A DNA stretch of 64,000 nucleotides from positions 432,932-496,931 of the forward strand of contig MNCI01002112.1 in the NCBI GenBank assembly GCA_015680685.1, written 5' to 3'. Positions 1 to 9,769 of the stretch are shown here, in pieces. Source of the stretch: Gnetum montanum (lineage: Eukaryota > Plantae > Gnetophyta). Made by a program: the position numbers and the translations under genes. The notes under the pieces were generated by a model. It made no database searches, had not been told where the DNA came from, and worked only from the letters and a program-made list of their open reading frames with translations. Numbering within the stretch: position 1 is the stretch's first letter; every line of letters starts with the position of its first letter.

Positions 1-272
1 TTAGACTTAGATCTTAGTTAGAGTTAGTTTAGTTTTCTCAACCCTTTCTCCTGGTAGCATAGAAGATAAGCCAAAAATACCAAAAAAATCACATACCTCA
101 GACTTGCTTAACCATACACCGTGACACATACAAGCAAGCCTGGGAAGACAACGAATGATTAACCCCAAGTGTTTCTTGTGGCGTTAAGGCATTTAGTCTG
201 CGGAGTTCGACCGGATCGCGCGTGTACGCTCGTTTCGTATGGTGGAGTGTAGGGGTACCTCACCACTCATCA
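1..272 (+). mobile_element. 3' end of a gypsy (Athila-like) LTR, CpG-rich, same family as the LTR at 57421-58339
   Basis: Ends ...GGGGTACCTCACCACTCATCA at 272. Its reverse complement aligns with TGATGAGTGGCGAGGTACCCCTATGCTCAACCATACG... at 57421. Confidence 0.8.
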
Positions 273-909
273 GATGCCTAGAAAGGAAATCTTGTAGGAC
301 AAAAGGGAGTGAAAGAGAAATTGAAAGTGTAAGGAAAGCAAAAAGGTGTGGAGAATTAAGAAAAAAAAGAAGGTGAAAGAACTCTCACCAACAATTTCAT
401 GAAGGGAAGTCAAACATTAGAAATACAAGAAATTTTTATGAAGAAAGGAGGAACCCCAAAAGGAGAACCTCATTCCCATTCATCATAGACTACATAATCT
501 TCCATTAGCAAGAAAGATAAGTAGAGGTAAGTTTTCATTTCTTTGTTTCATTTAAAAATCTTGTAGGACTATAATCCATGGAAGCTATCCCTAAAAATCT
601 CCATACTCTAGACTTTTTCCTACCATTTTAAACATGCACTAGTAGATGTCTACCCTTAAATTTCTACATATGGAAGATAGATGTCTACATCTATAAATAG
701 ACATCTCTTTGAGTTACATTGGATGCGAGATAGACATCTACTACTTGAATTAGATGTCCAAATTTATGGAAAAAAACCCTAATAGTCATGATTATATAAG
801 GCAAAAACTCTTCATTTTTCTCATTTTTCCTCATCCAAGCTTAGACATTCAAGAGTAGTCCACCAAGGCTTTCACCAAAGTGCAAATTAGTTTATTTCCT
901 TGTAAATCC

Positions 910-2546
910 ATGGCCCACAAGAAGATTGGGATGTCTAGAGCTCCACCACACAAGAGAAAAAAGTTCAAGGAAGCATCTTAAAGAACAGAAAAGACATATC
1001 TACCTTGGTTCTGTTCGACTAAAGCACAACATCAAATTGAAGCAATACACGTTGTCTTAATTGTGTTTGAAAGATCTCTTTACTTCCAACAATGTCATCA
1101 AAAGAAGTTAATGAAATTTTTTAAGGCTATCAATTGGGTCTCCTTCATTTCAATTAATTTTTATGTTCCTAATATCCTTATTAGGAAATTTTAGAGTAAT
1201 ATTGCCATCACTAATGCTAATGTTGGGGCTGTTACTTCTATTTTTGGAGGCATTTTGATTAAGGTAACTTCCCAAGTAGTCAATAACATTCTTGGAATTT
1301 CTAGCTTAGAGGTTCATAGGATCACCATTCATTCTATGTATGATATTTTGTCAAATGGTGTAATCCTTGTTTTCCATGATGAGTTTTGTGATACTTTCTT
1401 TGGTCAGTTAGTATCATTGAGAAGTGACAAAGTTCTTAGAAATTAGATGGTCATAGGTTGATCTACACATTCTCTTATTATGATGTATAATATCATTATT
1501 AAAGGGGGATGTTACAGTTATTTTCTACCAACCCAAGCTTTTGTCTTGTATTTTCTTCTTGCTTGTAAGCTGTTAGACTTGGGACATATCCTTTGTAGAG
1601 ACATGTTGGAACTTTTCACTAGAGAGAGAGAGATTATGGACATCATCTTCTTATCATTGTATTAATTCATCAGAGAGGGGATTCTATTCATTATATGCCT
1701 CTACTGAAAGGTAAAAGAAGTCTTGGTGAATATTTAGACAAAAGGAGTATCACTCACATGGGACCTGTGGAACAGAGCTCTAGACCTCAAAAAGAAAGAA
1801 AGAAGAATGCTTCATCACCTCCTAGGGTCTCTTCTAACCTGAGAAGGTTTAAATCTATTAGAGGACAAGTGAAATCAACTTTCAAGAAGATGCTAAAATC
1901 TTTTGCTATGACTCTTGGGATAATTGAAAAAAATCTCTCTTACCTTTGTAAGAGAATGGATGCAACTAGAGTACTACCTCTTCCTCAATATGGGTAGTAG
2001 TTCGAGAAGATTACCATCCCTCTCATGTCAAATAATGAAGAGGACTATCCCACACCAATTAGTCATTCTACAGCTACTAGGCAATCTTGAGCATATGACT
2101 TATGAAATGCCTATGATTCTAAGGATCTTGATGCACCACCAGCACATATCTAGGGGGAGTTTACTAATCTTGCATAGCCTAGACCCAACCCTTATATTCA
2201 TGAGGATGTTTCCCAAACCTTTGATCAGTAGGTGATGGAGAGCACCTTTGGTACCACATTTGAGTGGAGACTAGTTGACCCTATTACATTTTAGAGAAAG
2301 GATGCTTCCTCATCTTCTCAATAGCCTCCATCTCATCCACCTACATCATCTTAGTTTTAGGTGAAGCTACATCACCATAGAGCTCCTATCATAGTTCCAT
2401 ATTCAGATGATGAAGATGAGCAACATGTTTCCAATAGTAATACCAACATCAATAGTGATGATGATGAAGAGGATACATATAGACCTTCTCATGTAGTAGC
2501 TACCTCCAATGATGACTCTGATGATGGCACCAAGGTTAGTGGATAG
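910..2546 (+). pseudogene. Degenerate env-like / putative plant transposon protein ORF of the SIRE-like element
   Basis: Broken frames reading LIRKF..NI...VTS.FGGILIKVTSQVVNNILGI, followed by an acidic tail (SDDEDE, SDDDEED). Lies directly upstream of the first PPT. Confidence 0.5.
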
Positions 2547-3176
2547 ACACTCTTGATAGTCCTCTTCTTTTAGGTGATGTTCAAAAGGGGAAGAATTTAT
2601 GAAGTTGTGTTAGTGTATGAATAGCCTTATGCATAGCTATGTCTTTACCAATTATGATTTATTTGGGAAGTTTGTAATGATGGTATTTTTTGGCTATTTG
2701 GATAGTTTGTGATATGTTGTTGAAGGAATAAACTTGCAGTTGGTTTGTGTGATACAAACACTATTTTGCAGTCTCATGATAAGAGCTGATTACTTCTTGA
2801 GTGAAGTAGATCCTCTAGTGCATACGCTATGCGACATCTCCATTAGAGTTATTGAGCAACAATTCAGTCTGTAAGCTTTCGATGTGCTATGCGGCATCGC
2901 TCATGAAAGTGCTCAAGTTCTTAATTTCTGCGATCGTGTAGTGCTTTTTCATTTCTTGTTTATTATCACCATCGCCATGGCTACCCCTCCAAATACTCCA
3001 TCAACCTTCGACCAGCCATATGGTTCCTATTCTGATGAATACTCACCTGATTCACCTCCATATTATACTTCATTTCCCTCTCCAGCCACCTATCATGCTC
3101 GAGTAAATGAAGCCATATTCAGTCACGTCATGAACCGTAGCCCAGAATCAGCAACGCCCTAGGTTGCACCCCCAAA

Positions 3177-3189
3177 TGGTATCAGAGCC
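3177..3189 (+). other. tRNA-Met(i) primer binding site of EVE1
   Basis: TGGTATCAGAGCC. Confidence 0.92.
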
Positions 3190-3783
3190 TGTGTAGAAGC
3201 TATAGTAACGCAAAACCAAAACTTTTGTTCACCTTCTACAGTACCCTAGCTTGAATTCACTAATGAATTAGCCAAGATCGCATCAAAAAGTGCAGATGAG
3301 CACATCGCTATAACAAGTCAATATTATCATCTTATGGGACTCATGTATAGCTCAACGCTAGCATTAGAACATCTTGCAAAGACAGATGTAACTCTGGATG
3401 ATTTTGTTCTTGTCAAACAAAGAAGACCTAGGAGTGCACCAGGAAAATTAGAAGGAGAATTGATAAAAGTGGATCAATTATATATGGAAATCCAAGAAAA
3501 CAATGGAAAAGTAGAGAAGCCAAGTCAATGGACTTCTACTCAAATGGAATATGAAGCTCCAGGACCTTATCAACAAGAAGATGCGGAAATATTAAGACAA
3601 TGGAGTAATGATCAGATAGATGTTTATAAGCTGAAGATGGACAAGATTTATGATGAAGATCTAGCTGTACAATAGACAGAAGAAGAAAATGCTACTTGGT
3701 ATAGATGGGAACAAGGAGAACAAGCTGATGTAGTCTATGATGAGTATCTAGAGGATATAGATGGGGAAACGCATTGAGCTTTT

Positions 3784-4460
3784 ATGATGAAGTCTACAAC
3801 ACAAGATGTGGATCAGACAGAGCTTACGGAAGATGAAAAAGCAGTCATCCCTTTTCATGAAGCCCTGCTTAGCAAAAAGTCTTTTGTGTCTGAAGACGGA
3901 AGAATAGAGTTTCCAGAGATCACCATGAAAGCTATTTACAATTTTACAAATCTGTTCAATCATCGCCTAACAACATCAGTAAAATAGTCCAAAGCAATTC
4001 TTGACATCAAAGGTAATGGCATCAGACCAGTCTTTATACCGTTCTTCATTGAGGAAGAAGTCAACATGTGGAAGAGAAAGAATCATCATTATGTGCATCT
4101 CAGACAAATTGACATAATATTAAGTCCAAAATTTAACTATGATCTCAATGCTGAATTTCTTGTTACATTGTTAGATAGTAGAATCATTGGGAATGGATTT
4201 GATGATGATCCAGAAACAGTCTGGGAGTTATCTAAGATTTGTCAGTTCAAAGGAATTTTAAATGCTGATGCTATATGTTCTGTCCAACAAAATTTTTAAT
4301 TATCACTAAATGATGAACATATCACATCAACTTTACTACTTTGTGTGGAAGTACATGGTGTTAAGTTATTACCAGGAAGTGTTTATGCTGCTATTGGTGC
4401 TAGAAGTACATTTCAATTAACAAATACAGTTTTTATGAACCATAAGCTTAAATGGGGAGT
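3784..4460 (+). pseudogene. 30K-family viral movement protein domain
   Basis: HHYVHLRQIDIILSPKF...FLVTLLDSR matches the caulimovirid MP pattern (YVHxxxIxI...LLDxR). Confidence 0.8.
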
Positions 4461-5291
4461 AAAATTTCCAGTTGGTAGCAAACATTTATTAGCATGTGGT
4501 AGATCTATAGAAGCAGACGGTTATATTCAAGGTTTTCCTAGAATTCAGAAGTTTTTAAAAGATCAGGAATTTCAAAAAAGTCCAAAAACAAAAAGAAGAA
4601 TTAGCAAATATCCTATACAGCAATTTGACATAAATGCAGTAATAGATTTAGCCTCTTTGCCACCAGTCTTACCATCAGTTAAATATGATAGTAGACCTAG
4701 TAGCAGTACAAATAGTAGTAAAGGCAGCAATATTGACCCCAAAGGATCATTATTTATGATGCAATATAGAGATGTAAAAGGAAAAAGAATACATCAAGGA
4801 GGAAAATGGCCACCAAAGGCATCCTATCATACAACCATTTCAGAGGATCAGATACCAGAAATTAGAGTAGACTATAGCTATCTGTTAGAACACAGCATAG
4901 AAGATAGCACGAATCAGAAAGAAGAAATTCATCAGTTAAAATATTTGTGCCATTGGACCAGCTATTGTAGCAACAACATGAATCAATTAGAAATAAGTTG
5001 CAAGAAGTGTAGGAACATGTAGGTCATTATGAAGATATCATAAAGCATCAAAGGTGCAAAAAGAAGGATAAAAAAGGAACGTTTTTAAAAGAAGTTCAAA
5101 GTTTAGAAAAGAAACTAGTTGCTCATGAAATCAGGGAAAAGGATCCAAAGAAAGATGGTTGGGAACCAACAAAATTAAAAGAAAAATTACAAAATCTTCA
5201 AGAAGAAAAGAAGTTAAAACAGCCAGCAGTAAAGTCATCAAGGTCATCAGCATCTTCAGATTCAGAACAGAAAGGTTGTCAGGGACAAATA

Positions 5292-5995
5292 ATGATGTCA
5301 TATCCTCTAAAATTACAAAGAATTCCACCAGGTTTTATGGCATATCAAGAACTAAATCCAATAGCAGTACCATTAATCAACATTGATTATACACCACCAA
5401 GAGAAATAATACACACTCTCAAAAATTGGGTTGAGCATTTAATGATTACAGCAACAGCAGCGCAAGCAGATAATGAGATAGGAATCAAAATTGGAATGAG
5501 AAGAACATCTGGCAAAATTAGATATTGGTGGGATAATTCAACAGACGAAGCTAAAAATGAAGTCATCGACAGCGAATATGAAGGTCTGTACACTACTTTA
5601 TCTACAGAATTTTCAATTGAACAAACTAACTATTTAACAATGAGTGATAAGATGATGCTAAGCCAAAAGAAGCTACATCGACTAGAAGACTTTGAAGAAT
5701 ATAGCGCAGAGTATGGAAGAGAAGTTTATCGCCTGGCCTTACACAGAGATCCCCTTACAAATCAGCTGTATCTTAGCTCTTTGCCTAGTAAGTTGGGATA
5801 ATTCGTCATTCATAATGCTTTAATGAGGGATATAAATATTTCTTATCAGTATTTTGTAGATGTAGTTCATCTAGTTAGACAAGAACTACAGAAAGCATGT
5901 TATGATGTAAGCCTTAGGAAAATTATTCCTAATGTAAATATTTGTAACAATATTGATGGAGTAGATTACCGTCCAAAAACATTAAAAAAAAGATT
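5292..5995 (+). pseudogene. Caulimovirid capsid protein core (zinc knuckle deleted)
   Basis: LINID..., EVYRLALHRD...LYLSSLPSKLG. Homologous to EVE2 38810-39460, where a CX2CX4HX4C knuckle follows. Confidence 0.75.
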
Positions 5996-5999
5996 CCAT

Positions 6000-6785
6000 A
6001 GTAGAGCACTATGAACACTTGAAAGTTGTTGCAAAATTATGCATAGAACATGGCATAGGACTTTCTGGATCACCGCAAAAGTTTTAGGTTTGTTGCAAGA
6101 AGATTGAATTCTTAGGAGTTTCCATGGAAGAAGGAAAAATTTTAATGCAGCCACATATATTAGAAAAAATTGTGAAGTTTCCAGACCAATTAGAGTCCAA
6201 GGAATAATGCATGAGGTTTCTTGGATGTGTCAACTACATCTTAAGGTATATCAATTCTTTGTCAGACAAAACACTAGCTTTGAGGAAATGCAAGAATTCA
6301 GCTCCATTTCAATGGATAGAAGCAGCAACCAAAGAAGTTTGTGAATTAAAGAAGATCAGCTAGAATCTATTGCCATTAGAGCCTATCTGGGAAGGATCCT
6401 TTATCCTAAATATATATGCAAGCTACGATGCTTGGGGAGCAGTTTTACTAAAAGTGGGAAAAAGAGAAGAAAATGAAGCAATTTGTGCCTATGCTTCAGG
6501 ATGTTTCGCTAGTAATGAGCTCAACTACTAGCCAGCAGAGAAAGAGATCCTTGCAGCCATTAAAGGATTAGAGAATTTTCATGTGTATTTAATTGAAGAA
6601 ACATTTATCCTACGGACGGATTCAAGTAACCTAGCCACACTGATGAAGAGAAAGCTCACAGCTTCACCAAAGTTACAGAGATTTGCATGGTGGCAATTTC
6701 TTTTGTCCCAGTATGATTTCTTAGTTTAGCAGGTATTGTCAACCATGAATGCCTTACCTGACGCCTTAACACATGAATTAAAATG
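6000..6785 (+). pseudogene. RT C-terminal part and RNase H of EVE1
   Basis: EHLKVVAKLCIEHGIGLS...IEFLG; ASYDAWGAVLL; CAYASG.F...ELNY...EKEILAAIKGLENFHVYLI...FILRTDS; NALPDALT.EL. Confidence 0.88.
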
Positions 6786-6789
6786 TTTT

Positions 6790-7332
6790 ATGCTTAGAGG
6801 ACCCAGAGCCGTAGGTTCCAGTTCCGGCGAGTCAGCTGAAGAAGAATGGAAGAAATGGCCTCTAGAAACCCTAGAGAATCGAGTAGCATGGTGTCAAAAC
6901 ATAACCATGTTATTCCCGCAAGATTCAACAAGCAGTGTTTCAAGGCTGTATCCAAACTTGGATGTATTCATCAACATGGCAGGTTGCATTGATTGTATCG
7001 TCAACAATTCAAAGTGGACCAGACTTGAACCAAGGATTCTTCATCATCTACAAGATCATGCTGTCCTTGACAATATCTTACTCATCCGATGCCAGTTGTT
7101 TTCAAATCAGTTTGCACGCAATTATTTCAACCACTTACTGCAATGGAATGGATGGGAAGTAGCACTTTGCAACACATTTCAATGGATCAACTTGTACGAA
7201 GAAGTCACTGTCTACCACAATGAAGTAAAAGTGGAACGACCGCCTTTGCTTGAAGATAAAGATGCCCAAGACCCTACGTCACCGCCAAGCCTACTTGAAG
7301 ATATGGCACGACTCATCCACCTTTGTGCGTAG
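6790..7332 (+). CDS. Orphan ~170-aa domain fused C-terminal to viral RNase H (open in this copy)
   Basis: In frame with the RNase H end NALPDALTHEL. Homologous to ORF 35754..36338 of EVE2. Confidence 0.8.
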   Translation: MLRGPRAVGSSSGESAEEEWKKWPLETLENRVAWCQNITMLFPQDSTSSVSRLYPNLDVFINMAGCIDCIVNNSKWTRLEPRILHHLQDHAVLDNILLIRCQLFSNQFARNYFNHLLQWNGWEVALCNTFQWINLYEEVTVYHNEVKVERPPLLEDKDAQDPTSPPSLLEDMARLIHLCA

Positions 7333-7801
7333 CATCCATAGAGTGATCTTGAAAGCTCTATAAGGTCTAACCTAGGCGTAATAATAGAATGTAAAAGTCA
7401 ACAAGCAGTGTTTCAAGGTTGTATCCAAACTTGGATGTATTCATCAACATGGCAGGTCGCATTGATTGTATCGTCAACAACTTGAAGTGGATCAGACTTG
7501 AACCAAGGATTCTTCATCATCTACAAGATTGTGCTGTCCTTGACAATATCTTACTCATTCGACACCAGTTGTTTTCAAATCAGTTTGCACACAATTATTT
7601 CAACCACTTGCTTCAATGGAATGGATGGGAAGCAGCACTTTGCAACACATTTCAACAGATCAACTTGTATGAAGAAGTCACTGTCTACCACAATGAAGTA
7701 AAAGTGGAACGACCGCCTTTGCTTGAAGATGAAGATGCCCAAGACCCTACGTCACTGCCAAGCCTACTTGAAGATATGGCACGACTCATCCACCTTTGTG
7801 C
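6925..7801 (+). repeat. 473-bp-period tandem duplication of the orphan-domain region
   Basis: TCAACAAGCAGTGTTTCAAGG starts at 6925 and again at 7398. The copies differ at about 20 of 404 positions. Confidence 0.9.
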
Positions 7802-8040
7802 CNNNNNNNNNNNNNNNNNNNNNNNNNNNNNNNNNNNNNNNNNNNNNNNNNNNNNNNNNNNNNNNNNNNNNNNNNNNNNNNNNNNNNNNNNNNNNNNNNN
7901 NNNNNNNNNNNNNNNNNNNNNNNNNNNNNNNNNNNNNNNNNNNNNNNNNNNNNNNNNNNNNNNNNNNNNNNNNNNNNNNNNNNNNNNNCGTTCCTATTCT
8001 GCTGAATACTCACCCGATTCACCTCCATATTAAACTTCAT

Positions 8041-8100
8041 TTTCCTCTCCAGCCACCTATCATGCCCGAGTTCCCTCTCCAGCCACCTATCATGCCCGAG
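8041..8100 (+). repeat. 30-bp tandem duplication in the 3' terminal repeat of EVE1
   Basis: TT(T/C)CCTCTCCAGCCACCTATCATGCCCGAG twice. Single copy in the 5' repeat. Confidence 0.9.
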
Positions 8101-9769
8101 TAAATGAAGCCATATTCAGTCACGTCATGAACCATAGCCCAGAATCAGCAACGCCCTGGGTTGTCCTCTTGGCTATATCATATGGTGGAGACCTCATAAT
8201 ATTATCAGTTTTCCTTCTTGTGGAGTCATGTGATTTGGACCCTTTGACTTAAGCATTTATACTCTTATTCAAGCAATACTCTTTACTATCATTGGAGTTT
8301 ATACATCTTAAATTCTTTTATTTTATATCATAATATTATATATTATGAAATGTAATAACCCATTTTCTTAAGTTTTGAACTTCACTAAAAAGGGAGAGAT
8401 TTTTGACCTTTTGATATGTCAAAACCTTAGAGAAATTAAAGAATGTAGAATGTGTGTGTGTGTGTGTAATTGATGTTTTTTAGGTTGAAAATGAGCAAGG
8501 ACATTACATGAGGATCCAAGATTTCAAGAATGATATCCACAATGATGAAATGAAGACAAAGGTAGAAAAGATGAGAGAATGAATGAAAACAAAGTCTACA
8601 AGCTAAACGAAGATGTTTTGGGGATTACTGAGATGCCCAAAAAAAAAAAGAATGCTCCAAATATCAAAGTGTCTAAGCAAAGTAGATGTCTCATTAAAAA
8701 ATAAACATCTAACTTAGAGAATAGACATATCAGGGTAGACGTCTCCACTTTTAGATAGATGTCTCTCCTACATTAAGGCTAGTTTCAAATAGACATATCA
8801 TCCTTGAAGTAGATGTCTAAACTAGTCATTTAATAGTCATTGCCTAAATTATGAAGAGTTTTGGAAACTCAAAGGGTATAAGAATAAGTGAAATTCTTGA
8901 GAATTGTGTGATCACTATTCATTAAAAGATCTATTCTTGGTTTCTTATGCGAATTTTTCCTTGCTCTTCATTAATTTATCATTTGTATATTTTGTATGTT
9001 GTGATCTTCAAGTGTAAGGAATCATTAAATCAAGTTACACTCTTGCCTTTATCTTTTTCTTTCTTTATTTGTAGGCTTGTAGGGTTGATGTGCTTCTTGT
9101 AAGAAGGGGTATTAATTGAGCTTGTTAAGACCTTGTGGGGTTGAGTGATTTTATAGTAACAAAACACTTTGGTGTGGAGCTAAAATTTGTAAACGTTGTG
9201 GAATCCTTTAAACCACATTTTCAACTTGTTGGGGCCCTATGGCATTAAGTGGCTTCGTAGTAATGAAACACATCAAAGAAAAGCTCAAATCTTGTAATGG
9301 TTATGGTGCCCTTAAAATCACATTTTTGAAGCAAGAAAGTGTAGAGGTGTGCATGGAATCTACCCTCTGAGTGTGAGCTACTAATGTTGAAAAACCACAT
9401 AAAAATTATGTTTGATTTTGGTGGCGGTAGATATTTTGATTAGGGAACTTATTTAATCCCTCTTCTAAGTTATTGATTCACAATTTCATTAGTAGTCCAT
9501 AAATATTGCTAGAAGATTCTCAACACTAGAACCCAGTGTATGAACCTATTTCTAGCTTGGTTTTGCAAGGGAATCATATGAGAGCTAGATTTGACAGTCA
9601 ATACCAAAACACTCAACACTTAATAGTAATTATTATATCTACCCAATCCTAAGCGTAACATGATTGCAGTAGAGGTGAGAATTTGGGTTTCTATCATTAA
9701 CAGGATAAGATAGAACTACTCAAGCTTTAACAATTATGGATAAGTAGGACTTACATATCAATAACTTCA

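Larger units (their letters stand above)
2977..7332 (+). pseudogene. EVE1 single polyprotein: N-terminal region, MP, CP, [deletion], RT C-terminus, RNase H, orphan domain
   Basis: gccATGG at 2977. ORF pieces 2884, 3334, 3784, 4066 and 4345 share one frame, broken only by TAG/TAA stops. A frameshift near 4935 leads into the CP frame (5292). Confidence 0.8.
2817..8163 (+). mobile_element. Endogenous caulimovirid EVE1, internally deleted, with terminal direct repeat
   Basis: tRNA-Met PBS, 30K movement protein, capsid, RT C-terminus and RNase H in caulimovirid order, no integrase. 3023-3166 is repeated at 7990-8163. TCCTCT at both junctions (2811-2816, 8164-8169). CpG content rises abruptly at 2817. 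Confidence 0.9.
273..9488 (+). mobile_element. 3' half of a SIRE/Sirevirus-like copia element (env-like ORF, multiple PPTs, 3' LTR), interrupted by EVE1
   Basis: PPT-like AAAAGGGGAAGA at ~2583 and AAAAAGGGAGAGA at ~8387. LTR-like segment ~8402-9488 with repeated AGA(C/T)(G/A)TCT palindromes. Its end (ATTTAATCCCTCTTCTAAG...TTTCA) resembles a decayed SIRE terminus. Confidence 0.6.

Noticed and set aside
4995-5060. Second zinc finger CKKC...H in EVE1
   Set aside because: The Cys and His residues come from different frames downstream of the ~4935 frameshift.
3177-7332. EVE1 as an ordinary gypsy retrotransposon
   Set aside because: It has a movement protein, caulimovirid-type RNase H and capsid, and no integrase.
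8451-8467. (TG)n microsatellite
   Set aside because: Short and ordinary, inside an LTR.
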